In this document: piece by piece, positions 18,816-28,182 of the stretch | Layout of the letters: every line of letters begins with the position of its first letter | Numbering within the stretch: the first letter of the stretch is position 1 | Origin: Nannocystales bacterium | GTDB lineage: Bacteria > Myxococcota_A > Polyangia > Nannocystales > Nannocystaceae | NCBI GenBank assembly: GCA_050633305.1 | Contig: JBOEGF010000032.1 | Location: 257,222 to 321,221, forward strand | Reading direction: 5' to 3' | DNA: 64,000 nt | Position numbers and translations under genes: made by a program | The notes under the pieces: generated by a model | What the model saw: the letters and a program-made list of their open reading frames with translations, nothing else | Database searches by the model: none | Told to the model about the DNA's origin: nothing

Positions 18816-20342
18816 ATGTCTGAACGACCCACAGGGATTCCCAAGACCCGCCGGCTCGACACCGGACAGTCCCGCGAAGAGCGGGGCGCATCCGCACCGT
18901 CGAGCCCGACGTCGCCCCCCGCACCGTCCGCGTCCGCGTCCGATATGGAGCTGACGTTCACGCGTGACGTGGGGAAGAAAATCGCGGGCCGCTACAAGAT
19001 CACCGACGTCATCGGTGAGGGCGGAATGGGCGTGGTCTACGAGGCGTGGGACACCCAGGTCGAGCGCAAGGTCGCGATCAAGCTCGTCCGCTCGGACACC
19101 ACCGACCGCAAGTTCCTCAGTCGCTTCCGGCGCGAGCTCGAGATCACGAGCAAGCTGCGACACCCCTCGACGATCCGCGTGTTCGAACACGGGGAGACCA
19201 AGGACGGCCGGCCGTACATGGTCATGGAGCTCCTCACGGGGGAGAGCCTGGCCGACCGCCTCGAGCAAGGGCCGCTCGACGAGATGGAAGCCCTGCAGAT
19301 CGCCCGACAGGCGGCCGAGTCGCTGTCCGAGGCGCACGAGCACGGCGTCTTCCACCGAGATCTCAAGCCGGACAACATCTTCATCGAGACCGTCGGCGTC
19401 TCCAAAGTCGTCAAGGTCCTCGACTTCGGCATCGCCGGTGGTGTCGACGCGACCCGGCTGACGCAAGCCGGCGAGGTGTTCGGGACGCCGCAGTACATGT
19501 CTCCCGAGCAGTGCAACGGTCTGCCGCTCGACCACCGCACCGACATCTACTCGCTCGGGTGCATCCTCTACGAAATGCTCGAGGGTCGCCCGCCCTTCGC
19601 AGCCGAGACCCCGATGGCCACGATGCTCAAGCACGTGCGCGCCAAGGTCCCCACCCCGCGACATGCCTCGAAGGAGACGGCCAAAGTCGTGCTGATGGGG
19701 CTCCGCAAGGATCGCTCCAAGCGCATCCAGACCGCGGGACGGCTGGCGGAACTCGTCGGTCAGTGCATCGGATACCTGCGGACCGGCGGCGACAGCCGCA
19801 GCAACCGTCTGGACTCTGGGCCCTCCAGCGCCCAACTCGTCGCCTCGGGCGCCGTGTCGACGGGGCACTCGGCGATCGCCCGCGGCGGTCTCTCGGGCGG
19901 AACCTCCACGTTGCCCTCGACCACCGGCCCCGTTCCGGGGTTTGCGGAGGACAGCCGGGGACGCACGATCGCGATCGGGTTGGGCCTGCTCGCGATCGGC
20001 CTGGTCATCGCCATGTTCTTTGGCGACATGAGCTCTGGCCCCAGCGGCGAAGCGGACAACGACAGCAAGGCGAGCGAATCGGGCTCGGGCTCCAGCGCGA
20101 GCAGCCCCGAGAAGCTGCCGATGAACCGCGCGCTGGTGCAGACCAACGTCGAGGGTGCCCAAGTCTACGTCGACGAGAAGTACCAGTGCGACACCCCGTG
20201 TGAGGTCAAGGTCCCCGTTGGCGACGGCCTCTCCCATGAGATTCGGGCCAAGAAAGAGGGCTACATAGACCTGGTGAAGGTCTGGAAGCCCAAGAGCGTT
20301 GCCGAGCCGCTGCCCAAGCTCGCACCGATGGAAAAGCTATGA
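18816..20342 (+). CDS. membrane Ser/Thr protein kinase with C-terminal PEGA-like domain
   Basis: GEGGMGVVY, VAIK, HRDLKPDN, DFGIA, GTPQYMSPEQ, one TM, then TNVEGAQVYVD...TP...KKEGY. Confidence 0.92.
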   Translation: MSERPTGIPKTRRLDTGQSREERGASAPSSPTSPPAPSASASDMELTFTRDVGKKIAGRYKITDVIGEGGMGVVYEAWDTQVERKVAIKLVRSDTTDRKFLSRFRRELEITSKLRHPSTIRVFEHGETKDGRPYMVMELLTGESLADRLEQGPLDEMEALQIARQAAESLSEAHEHGVFHRDLKPDNIFIETVGVSKVVKVLDFGIAGGVDATRLTQAGEVFGTPQYMSPEQCNGLPLDHRTDIYSLGCILYEMLEGRPPFAAETPMATMLKHVRAKVPTPRHASKETAKVVLMGLRKDRSKRIQTAGRLAELVGQCIGYLRTGGDSRSNRLDSGPSSAQLVASGAVSTGHSAIARGGLSGGTSTLPSTTGPVPGFAEDSRGRTIAIGLGLLAIGLVIAMFFGDMSSGPSGEADNDSKASESGSGSSASSPEKLPMNRALVQTNVEGAQVYVDEKYQCDTPCEVKVPVGDGLSHEIRAKKEGYIDLVKVWKPKSVAEPLPKLAPMEKL

Positions 20343-21595
20343 GTCAAGACGAGTCCTTCTCCGCCCTGTTCGAATCAAACACCTCCGGACAGGGTGGGCA
20401 GCGTACGGAACTTCGCGCGGGTCAGCGCATCACAGGCACTGTCGTCGCCATCACCGCCGATACGGTCTTTGTCGACGTCGGCGGTCGTGTCGAGGGGCAC
20501 CTTGCCCGCAACGAGATCCTCGGAGACGACGGTGAGCCCAAGCTGTCCATCGGGGACAGTGTCAAGGCGACGGTCGTCCAAGCCGGCCGCGGTGCGCCTG
20601 TGCTCCGTGTTGCCTTGGGCCGCGGCGAAGCTGGCACCGCCGAACTCGAGCTGGCCGCCGAGAGCGGAACCCCGGTCGAGGGAACCTTCAGCAAAGCGGT
20701 CAAGGCTGGCCTCGAGGTCGACATCTCGGGCAAGCGTGCGTTCTGCCCCGCGTCCCAAGTCGACGTCCAGTTCGTGCAAGACCTGGAAACGTTCGTTGGA
20801 CAGACGAACTTCTTCAAGGTGCTCGAGGTTCGTGACAACGGGCGCTCGATCGTCGTCAGTCGACGCGCCCTGCTCGAGGCGGAGCGGGCCGAAAAAGCCC
20901 AGGAGCTGCTGGGCCGCCTCGAAGCTGGCGCTGAGCTCGAAGGCATCGTGCAGTCGCTGCAAGCCTACGGCGCGTTTGTCGACATCGGCGGGATCCAAGG
21001 CCTGCTGCACGTCTCCGAGATCAGCACCGCGCGCGTCACCAGTCCTTCGGACGTCCTGTCCGTCGGCGAGAGCGTCCGGGTCTTGGTCAAGAGCATCGAG
21101 TCCCAGGCCGACGGCAAACCGCCGAAGATCAGCCTGTCGATGAAGGCGCTGATGCAGGGCGGCGATGCACCTGCCCCCAAGCAGAACGAGGTCGTCACGG
21201 CCACCGTCGACAAGATCGAAAACTTCGGCGTGCTGGTCACCACCGAGGGCGGCTCGGGCCTCATCCCCACCTCCGAACTCGACCTCCCCCTCAACTCCGA
21301 CCCGCGTCGGCGCTACAAAGTGGGCTCCGAGGTCGAGGTTGTTCAGATGCGTGGCGGCGCCCAGGGCAAGCTGCGGTTCTCGGTCCGCGCCGTCGCCCAG
21401 GCTGAGGAGCGCAACGCGTTTGCGAACTTCCGGCAGTCCCAAGGCAAGGGCAAAGGCGGCGGAAAGCAGAAGGCGGGCAAGCTTGGCTCGCTCGGCGACC
21501 TGCTCGCCGGGATCGATCTCGGCGGGGGCGGCTCCCAATCCCAATCCCAATCCAAGTCCAAGCCCAAGTCCAAGTCCAAGTCCAAGTCCAAGTAG
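20339..21595 (+). CDS. multi-S1-domain RNA-binding protein (short RpsA paralogue)
   Basis: About four S1 repeats (VFVDVG, RAFCPASQVD, YGAFVDIGGIQGLLHVSEIS, FGVLV). ATGA overlap with the kinase. Confidence 0.88.
   Translation: MSQDESFSALFESNTSGQGGQRTELRAGQRITGTVVAITADTVFVDVGGRVEGHLARNEILGDDGEPKLSIGDSVKATVVQAGRGAPVLRVALGRGEAGTAELELAAESGTPVEGTFSKAVKAGLEVDISGKRAFCPASQVDVQFVQDLETFVGQTNFFKVLEVRDNGRSIVVSRRALLEAERAEKAQELLGRLEAGAELEGIVQSLQAYGAFVDIGGIQGLLHVSEISTARVTSPSDVLSVGESVRVLVKSIESQADGKPPKISLSMKALMQGGDAPAPKQNEVVTATVDKIENFGVLVTTEGGSGLIPTSELDLPLNSDPRRRYKVGSEVEVVQMRGGAQGKLRFSVRAVAQAEERNAFANFRQSQGKGKGGGKQKAGKLGSLGDLLAGIDLGGGGSQSQSQSKSKPKSKSKSKSK
21533..21592 (+). repeat. coding hexamer microsatellite (TCCCAA x3, then TCCAAG-type x7)
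   Basis: Encodes SQSQSQSKSKPKSKSKSKSK at the C-terminus of the S1 protein. Confidence 0.9.
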
Positions 21596-21711
21596 GCCGT
21601 CTGCCTGTGTGGCGAGGCCAGCGGCGATGCTGGCCCAAAAGACCCTCTGCTGCACTCGCAGTCGAGGGTCTTTGTGATCCCGCAGCTGGCCCACCGCCGC
21701 CGCGCAACACC

Positions 21712-22575
21712 TCAGAACTGAAACTGGACGCTCAGACTCCCCGCAACGTTGAAGTCGCGCTTGGGGGTGACGGGGAGCTGCAGGTTCGCTGCGAGCAGAC
21801 CCCAGGAGGCGAAGCTATAGCTGACGCCGCTGAGGTGTGCGATGCGAACCGAGCCAACCTGACGCTCGGTCTCCGTCGCACGGTTGCCGCTGCAATACGA
21901 CGACCCGCCGCCAACCTCAGCACACAGGTTCGCTACCCGCACGTCGGCAAGCGCCCCGAGGCTCAACCCCAGCTTGCCGAACGCCCGGTACCCGACTTGG
22001 CCGCTGGCCGTCACGTCGAACGCCGTCCCGGCGGGACGATGCTCGGCCGTCCCCAAGAGCATCACCTGCCAATACGTCCGCAGGTGCGTCCGCGTGAACA
22101 TGACCATCGGAGACACGGTCCAGCCCCGGCCGGGGTCGGCCTCGAACCGAAGCGAACGTGTGGGCACGGAGATGTTGACGCCCGTGGTGACGACGCGGTG
22201 GATCAGCTTGTCCGCGTGGGGGGTCAGCCGGAAAAATGCCCTCGTGTCGCCGTACCCGACCTTGCGCGGTGCGGAGTCCTCATCGACGATAAGCACTGGG
22301 GCCTGCGCACCCAACGAAATCCACGGATGCGGCGCGTACTCGCCGAGCAACGACGTGTTGTACGTGGTCGCCGGGTTGAGACTGGTGGAGTTGCGGCTGT
22401 ACTCCTGGAGGAGCATGAGCCGGGAAGTCGCCTGGCCAGAACCGCCACCAAGACTGTTCAGGTTGCGAACTCCCTCCGAGGCCCCATGCCCCGGGACATG
22501 GTGGGCCCGTGCGAGACCCGGGGCCGCCACGCATGTGCACAGCGCGGCGAGGGCCGAGGCGCGAACGGCCTTCAT
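21712..22575 (-). CDS. predicted outer-membrane beta-barrel protein with His-rich N-terminus (COG4313/transporter-like)
   Basis: Signal peptide ending ARA, mature start HHVPGHG, amphipathic beta strands, GYGD and GVNISVPT motifs, C-terminal Phe (SLSVQFQF). Confidence 0.65.
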   Translation of the reverse strand: MKAVRASALAALCTCVAAPGLARAHHVPGHGASEGVRNLNSLGGGSGQATSRLMLLQEYSRNSTSLNPATTYNTSLLGEYAPHPWISLGAQAPVLIVDEDSAPRKVGYGDTRAFFRLTPHADKLIHRVVTTGVNISVPTRSLRFEADPGRGWTVSPMVMFTRTHLRTYWQVMLLGTAEHRPAGTAFDVTASGQVGYRAFGKLGLSLGALADVRVANLCAEVGGGSSYCSGNRATETERQVGSVRIAHLSGVSYSFASWGLLAANLQLPVTPKRDFNVAGSLSVQFQF

Positions 22576-22895
22576 CGAAGCCCCCGTCGGGGGACATGGC
22601 ATCCCACGCAAGTCCGTTCGTCATCCAGCATCCACTGGGCGACGAGCGACGCTCCCCCACCCTGCATCCGTTGATGAATCGACGCTTCCCGCCTCCGCGG
22701 CGACATCGCGGCCAACCCGTCGAGCACGCGTTGTTCGGCCTCGTGACAACTCATGCACGTGTCATCGCCAGCGGTTTCGGTCAGCCCCGCGTGGTGCTGA
22801 ACCGGCCGAATCCCAGGTGCCAACGCCGGCAAGCAGGCACCCAGCGTCGCCGCCATCAGGGGCGCGAACGCCAGTGATCGGACGCGGAAAGACAC
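22572..22895 (-). CDS. small diheme c-type cytochrome lipoprotein
   Basis: 107 aa; lipobox LGAC; two heme motifs CMSCH and CVGCH; stop overlaps the ATG of the barrel gene. Confidence 0.75.
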   Translation of the reverse strand: MSFRVRSLAFAPLMAATLGACLPALAPGIRPVQHHAGLTETAGDDTCMSCHEAEQRVLDGLAAMSPRRREASIHQRMQGGGASLVAQWMLDDERTCVGCHVPRRGLR

Positions 22896-22928
22896 GCCCC
22901 TGGACTACGGGATGGCCTCTGCGCGTGC

Positions 22929-22964
22929 TGCGACCGACCGTCGCAGTCGCGACACCCTGTCGCA
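22929..22964. promoter_or_regulatory. two tandem RegA/PrrA-type binding boxes
   Basis: TGCGAC-cgacc-GTCGCA (22929-22945) and CGCGAC-accct-GTCGCA (22948-22964) in the divergent intergenic region. Confidence 0.7.
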
Positions 22965-23003
22965 CGTGGCCGAGCACGATGCTCGTGGCACACTGCCCTC
23001 GCG

Positions 23004-24296
23004 TTGAGCGCTCCCAAACCCAGCCTCGCTCCGGCCGCCCTGACCCAACGGGGACTCGTCACCGCGCGGTGGGTGACGGTCGCCTTGATGGGTGCTGCCG
23101 CCTCTCTAATGGCGTTCGCGCCGCAGTTGGTGGCCCCCGTGCTGAGCTGGGTGCCCACGTCGGGAACGATCGCCGGGTTCGTCGCGATCCTCGTCGCACT
23201 CGCGATGTTCAACGTCTACGTCGCTCGTGTGGTCCTGCCGACCGGCCGCGCAACCGTCACGTTCGCGGGCCTCCAGCTGCTCGCCGACTCCGCCGCGCTC
23301 ACATTGCTGCTTGGCCTGACCGGAGGCGCGACCAACCCGTTCACGACGCTGTACTTCGTCCCGATCACGCTCGCGACGCAGGTCTCGCCCCGCTGGACGT
23401 GGGCCGTCGCCGGGGCATCCCTCGCGGGCTTCGGTCTGCTGTACCTCCTGGGGCCGCTCCCCCAGGGACCGCCTGGCCATGAGCACCACTTCGCAGGGCA
23501 CCTGCAGGGGATGTGGTTCTCGTTCGGAGTCACCGGTGCGCTCATCACCTACTTTGTGCACAGCATCGCGATGTCCGTCGCCCGACAGCGGGCCGAGCTC
23601 ACGCGGCTGCGAGACCAGGCGCTCGAAGACCGACACCTCGCAAGCTTGGGGAGCCTCGCAGCCGGGGCTGCCCACGAGCTCGGAACCCCGCTGGGTACGA
23701 TCGCGGTGCTCGCCTCCGAACTCCCGCACATGGAAGACGCGGAGCGGGACGATGCATCCGACTCGATTCGGCACGAGGTCTCGCGCTGCAAGAAGATCGT
23801 CCAGCGGATGTCGACCCCGGACGCCCGCGTGCACGCGCTCGGGGCCGATGCGGAGCCATGGGCCCTGCATGATCTCCACAGCGAGCAACATGCCGCGGGC
23901 GAGGTCCCGGTCGAGGTCAGCTTCGACGGGGCCAGTGCAGACGCCGCATGCGACCTGCCCCGCGACGCTCTCGGGCAGATCCTCCGCGAACTGTTGGCGA
24001 ACGCCGCCGAGGCCTGCCGACGCCGGAAAGGAGAGCATGGCATCCGCGTCAGAATCTCAGCCGCCGACGCGATGGCCCACGTCCAGGTCGAAGACGACGG
24101 AGAAGGCATGGACGCCGCCCTCGCGGGCGCCGCGTTCGATCCCTTCTTCTCCACCAAACCCGAAGGGTCCGGAATGGGCCTGGGCCTGTACCTCACCCGC
24201 GCCCAACTCCGTCAGCTCGGCGGTAGCATATCGGCAGAGTCCGAACCCGGCCGCGGCACAACCGTCACCATCACCTTCCCGCTCGCCTCGACATGA
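23004..24296 (+). CDS. regB: RegB/PrrB/ActS-family redox sensor histidine kinase
   Basis: About six TMs, quinone-binding TGGATNPF, H-box AAHELGTPL, N/G boxes (ELLANA, DDGEG, PFFSTK, GMGLGL). Start codon uncertain. Confidence 0.85.
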   Translation: MSAPKPSLAPAALTQRGLVTARWVTVALMGAAASLMAFAPQLVAPVLSWVPTSGTIAGFVAILVALAMFNVYVARVVLPTGRATVTFAGLQLLADSAALTLLLGLTGGATNPFTTLYFVPITLATQVSPRWTWAVAGASLAGFGLLYLLGPLPQGPPGHEHHFAGHLQGMWFSFGVTGALITYFVHSIAMSVARQRAELTRLRDQALEDRHLASLGSLAAGAAHELGTPLGTIAVLASELPHMEDAERDDASDSIRHEVSRCKKIVQRMSTPDARVHALGADAEPWALHDLHSEQHAAGEVPVEVSFDGASADAACDLPRDALGQILRELLANAAEACRRRKGEHGIRVRISAADAMAHVQVEDDGEGMDAALAGAAFDPFFSTKPEGSGMGLGLYLTRAQLRQLGGSISAESEPGRGTTVTITFPLAST

Positions 24297-24874
24297 ACAG
24301 CCCCAGCGACATCAACCCGGACGGCGAAACCATCCTCATCACCGACGATGACAAGGCGTTCTGTGCCGCGCTCACCGGAGCGTTCCGGCGGCGGGGCTTC
24401 AAGGTGGTCGTGGCGCACGACTACGATGACGCGATTACGGAGGCCGAGGCGTGGAGTCCAGGACGCGCCGTGGTCGACCTGCGCATGCCCGGCCGCGGTG
24501 GACTCGAGGTCGTGGGCGAACTCCACGGCAAACACCCGAACATGAAGATCGTGGTGCTCACGGGGTACGGCAGTATCGCGACCGCCGTCGAAGCGATGAA
24601 GCTCGGTGCGGTCCACTACCTGACCAAACCCGCAGAGCCCGACGAGGTCCTCGCCGCGTTCGAGCGTACCGAGCCGGCCACCGATGTCACCGAGGAGTCG
24701 GCCAACCCTCGCTCGCTCGAAGAGGTGGAGTGGGAGCACCTGCAACGGGTGCTCACCGACTGCGCTGGCAACATCTCGGAGGCCGCGAGGCGACTCGGCA
24801 TGCACCGGCGGAGCTTGCAACGGAAACTCGCACGCGGTCGGCCGGGCGAAGGCCTTGGGCCGGCCGAAGAGTGA
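24293..24874 (+). CDS. regA: RegA/PrrA/ActR-family response regulator
   Basis: AVVDLRMP, LTGYGSIATAVEAMKLGA, VEWEHLQRVL..C.GNISEAARRLGMHRRSLQRKL. Confidence 0.92.
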   Translation: MNSPSDINPDGETILITDDDKAFCAALTGAFRRRGFKVVVAHDYDDAITEAEAWSPGRAVVDLRMPGRGGLEVVGELHGKHPNMKIVVLTGYGSIATAVEAMKLGAVHYLTKPAEPDEVLAAFERTEPATDVTEESANPRSLEEVEWEHLQRVLTDCAGNISEAARRLGMHRRSLQRKLARGRPGEGLGPAEE

Positions 24875-25422
24875 TGTCCTCAAAGACCAGCCGCCTGTTC
24901 GTCGGACTCCCGCTCCCGCCGATGCTCGCCCAGCAACTGGCGCTGCTCGGCGGCGGGATTGAAGGCGCTCGGTGGGAGGCCCCTGAGAAGCTCCATCTCA
25001 CGCTTCGGTACCTGGGGGACGTGGACGGAGGACAGCGTGCCGCACTCGACGAATGCCTCCGCTCGGTTCGTGCGCCTTCGTTCTCGCTCACGGTCCGTGG
25101 CTGCGGTCACTTTCCACCGCGGGGAGAACCGCGGTCGCTGTGGCTCGGGCTCGCGGATTCACCCGCCCTCCAACGCCTTCACGATCAGTTGGAGAGCGCG
25201 ATACGCAGCGCGGGCTTCGAGGCGGATGCTCGGGGGTTCGTGCCACACATCACCCTGGCGCGACTCAAACGCTCGCCCAGCAAGAAGGTCGCCGCGTGGC
25301 TGGGAATGCACGCGTTGTGGGACGCGCCCCCTTTCGAGGTCGAGTCCTTCACCCTGTACTCGAGCATCCTCCGCGCCACCGGTTCCCGCTACACGCCCGA
25401 GGCGCACTATCCTCTGGCCTGA
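24874..25422 (+). CDS. thpR: RNA 2',3'-cyclic phosphodiesterase (2H family)
   Basis: RLFVGL, two HxT motifs (LHLTLRYLG, PHITLAR), YSS.L. Confidence 0.9.
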   Translation: MSSKTSRLFVGLPLPPMLAQQLALLGGGIEGARWEAPEKLHLTLRYLGDVDGGQRAALDECLRSVRAPSFSLTVRGCGHFPPRGEPRSLWLGLADSPALQRLHDQLESAIRSAGFEADARGFVPHITLARLKRSPSKKVAAWLGMHALWDAPPFEVESFTLYSSILRATGSRYTPEAHYPLA

Positions 25423-25502
25423 GCCCGACACCCCCGACACCCGCCGGGTTTCTTTTTCTTCGCGGAATGCGGCGCCCGGCAGCACGGTCCAACCTGCCGA
25501 CC

Positions 25503-25724
25503 ATGTCACGGCTCTACCGTTCCAACGACCAGCGCATCTTTCTCGGCGTCTGCGGCGGCCTCGCCCAACGCTACGGCTGGGACCCGGTGTGGGTCCGACT
25601 CGCCTTTGTCGCTGGCGTCCTGTTGGGCGGCCCCGGAATTCTGGCCTACGCGGTGATGGCACTGGTCGTCCCTCGAAATCCCGCCCTGAGCGGTCGGACG
25701 ATGCGTGCGCTCGACTCCGCGTAG
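25503..25724 (+). CDS. PspC domain protein
   Basis: RLYRSNDQRIFLGVCGGLAQRYGWDPVWVRL...Y..M.LVVP. Confidence 0.9.
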   Translation: MSRLYRSNDQRIFLGVCGGLAQRYGWDPVWVRLAFVAGVLLGGPGILAYAVMALVVPRNPALSGRTMRALDSA

Positions 25725-25754
25725 GCCGGCGACCTCGAGGGCCGCTCGCCGGGT

Positions 25755-26156
25755 TCAGGCGGTGACGCGACGCTTCGGGCCGGCCACTTCGGACAACGCG
25801 GGGTCGACGATATCGTTGTCGTCGTTGACCAGTACCACCGTCGGACTCCAGCCCTCAGCCTCCTCGGCGGGGACCTCGGCAAACGTCGCCACGATCACGC
25901 GGTCGCCGGGCTTCATGAGATGGGCCGCCGCCCCGTTCATGCACATGATCTTGGAGTCGCGCTCGCCCCGAAGGGCGTAGGTGGTGAGCCGGGTTCCGCG
26001 AGTCACATTCCAGACGTGAATCTGCTCGTGCTCGTGGATGCCGGCCGCGTCCATGAGGGTGCCGCAGATGGTCATGCTTCCCTCGTACTCGAGGTCGGCG
26101 TGCGTGACGATGGCGCGATGGATCTTGGATTTGAAGAGATGAAGTCGAACGGACAT
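25755..26156 (-). CDS. panD: aspartate 1-decarboxylase
   Basis: KSKIHRA.VT.ADL.YEGS.TI (Gly-Ser autocleavage), G.RLTTYA, NGAAAH. Confidence 0.95.
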   Translation of the reverse strand: MSVRLHLFKSKIHRAIVTHADLEYEGSMTICGTLMDAAGIHEHEQIHVWNVTRGTRLTTYALRGERDSKIMCMNGAAAHLMKPGDRVIVATFAEVPAEEAEGWSPTVVLVNDDNDIVDPALSEVAGPKRRVTA

Positions 26157-26292
26157 GACGAACCTCGTCCCGGCCCCGCGCTGCGAGGTCCAGGCGACGC
26201 CGCGACGCTACCGGAGCGTGCGCAGAGATCAAGCCGAACGATCGCAGTCCAGCGCCGCAAGGCACCGGCCGACAACGGGACTCGCGCGCGAC

Positions 26293-27246
26293 TCAGGTCG
26301 AGGGCGCTGGCGGAGGCGCGTAGATCCACCCATCGGTGACCCAAGCGTCGCCCAGCGCGACCGCTGCATCGGTCAGCGGAATGCCCGACGCGGTGTCCGC
26401 TTGTTCGAACTCCCGCGGGCCCCGCCAGCCGGCTCGGCTCCACAGGAACCCGGTGTAGGCGCAAAGCACCGCGCCAAAGACATGTGTGTTGCGGACGACG
26501 ACCTCGGGCCACACGTACGCGTAGTCGATGCCTTCACGGAGGCCGGCGAGCACCTCTTTTCGGGTGTCCCACACACGTTGGGTTTCGCCATGCCGAGTCC
26601 GTCTCTCCGTGGTGCTCCCGAAGAGTTGCGTGAGCGTGGCACGCGGGTAAACCTCGAGCAGATTCTCGTGGAGGCGAAGCTGCGGGGAGAGCACGCGCCG
26701 CAGATAGGTTGCTCGTGCCGCCAACGGCCCTGTGCCCTGCCCCAACGCCTCGCGCGGGCGCGCGCCCAGAGAGGTCCAGAGCACCTCGGTGGCCCGCTGT
26801 GTATACGGGGTGACAGCGGGTTTGGACGGATCGCTCTTGCCACGGGGTAGCAACCGCGGTGCCCACGTCCGCATCCAAGCCACAGAGGGTACGTCGCACA
26901 CCGTCAGTCCGGGGCACGGCAGCGTGCACCGAACACACGGCGGCAGCGTGAGGGGAGCATTGATTGCGACGACGGTCTCATCGTCAGTCCACCGACGCAG
27001 ATACTCCACGAGCACCTCGTCACGAAACAGCGCGTCGCCTTCGTGGTTGCCCGTCCCGCGATGTCCCTGGCGGATCGTGGCCTCGGCCACAGTGAGACCC
27101 GCCCCCCCCTCGGGAAGCTCGAGCCGAGCGATTGCCGTGTTCTTGCCGCGACCGCCGCCGAGGTCCACGCCGATGAAGCGCCGAAAGGGCCGCGCAGCTG
27201 CGGGCCCTTTCGTGTCGGAAGCTTCCGGTTGTTGCGCGTCGCTCAC
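26293..27246 (-). CDS. DUF429-like RNase H-fold protein (predicted nuclease)
   Basis: FIGVDLGG, VAINAPLTLP, Cys cluster CVRCTLPCPG..C, PYTQR.TE, LEVYP. GTGA overlap with the upstream gene. Confidence 0.7.
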   Translation of the reverse strand: MSDAQQPEASDTKGPAAARPFRRFIGVDLGGGRGKNTAIARLELPEGGAGLTVAEATIRQGHRGTGNHEGDALFRDEVLVEYLRRWTDDETVVAINAPLTLPPCVRCTLPCPGLTVCDVPSVAWMRTWAPRLLPRGKSDPSKPAVTPYTQRATEVLWTSLGARPREALGQGTGPLAARATYLRRVLSPQLRLHENLLEVYPRATLTQLFGSTTERRTRHGETQRVWDTRKEVLAGLREGIDYAYVWPEVVVRNTHVFGAVLCAYTGFLWSRAGWRGPREFEQADTASGIPLTDAAVALGDAWVTDGWIYAPPPAPST

Positions 27247-27908
27247 TCGGTCGCGGGGGATTCGAGATCGTCGGGGTGGTGCACCGGCGGCGATTTTTCC
27301 CGGAGGAAGTTGAGGTACGCGATCAGCGAGGGCAACTCGAGGGCAGGCATCGAGTCGATGAGCTCGCGGGCTTGGCGACGCAGCGCCTCCGTTGGTCCCT
27401 CGCCCCGAGTCCCGGTGGGTTTCTCCAACGGGATGTCGGGCTCTTGCGGTTGGTCGGGGTCGCCCCACGGCGGCTCCTCCCCAAGCTCGAAGTCGTGCGC
27501 GGTGAGCCACCCATTGATGTAGATGTGCAGCAGGTTGGATCGGTATTGGAACCACCGGTCCCGCTCGACGGGGTAGGACAGCAACACGTCCTTGAAGCGG
27601 CGAAACGCGCCCTTACCGTCGATTGCCAACACCAGACGCTCGGAGAGCGAAGGGTCTTCGACCGACTGAACGAAGCGCTCCATCCACCGGTACTGCTCCC
27701 GCGAAGACGCGGGATCGAGATGCACGTACCGCCCGGTGGTGGTGCGGATCTGCCGGCGCTTTTCGTCGTCCTCGGGACGCGAGTCCACGATGGTCAGCAC
27801 TTGGCCGGTGTGAAGGTCGAGATAACTGTGAGTTTCGGGGGCGTTGTGCTCGAAAGCAGTTTCCAAGGCCGGCCAATCCGGCTTGGACGCAGTGGGTGAG
27901 ACTCGCAT
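27243..27908 (-). CDS. UPF0158 family protein
   Basis: SYLDL.TG.V, SREQYRWMERFV, L..AIDGKGAFRRFKDVL, W..Y; SD AGGAG. Confidence 0.85.
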   Translation of the reverse strand: MRVSPTASKPDWPALETAFEHNAPETHSYLDLHTGQVLTIVDSRPEDDEKRRQIRTTTGRYVHLDPASSREQYRWMERFVQSVEDPSLSERLVLAIDGKGAFRRFKDVLLSYPVERDRWFQYRSNLLHIYINGWLTAHDFELGEEPPWGDPDQPQEPDIPLEKPTGTRGEGPTEALRRQARELIDSMPALELPSLIAYLNFLREKSPPVHHPDDLESPATE

Positions 27909-28182
27909 GGAGCGCTCCTAGGTTTTTAGCCATCCGCAGGGTTCGCCCGGGCCTGGTCAGGGCTCGAGTCCGGTGGTCAGCCGGGCTGTGGACGGGGTCG
28001 ATGAACAAGTACAGCTTTTGAATGAGGCACCTGGGTAGGGTGCCGGGTGCAACCATTCTAGTCCGCCGCGCCAGTCCCCGGCAAGCACGACCGGCGCGGG
28101 CCATCGTCTCGCCCCATTCGACGGGTGTGTACATCCGTCGAGTGCGAGCCGAAACGCGCCCCCGGCTCGGGATGAGACCGCG

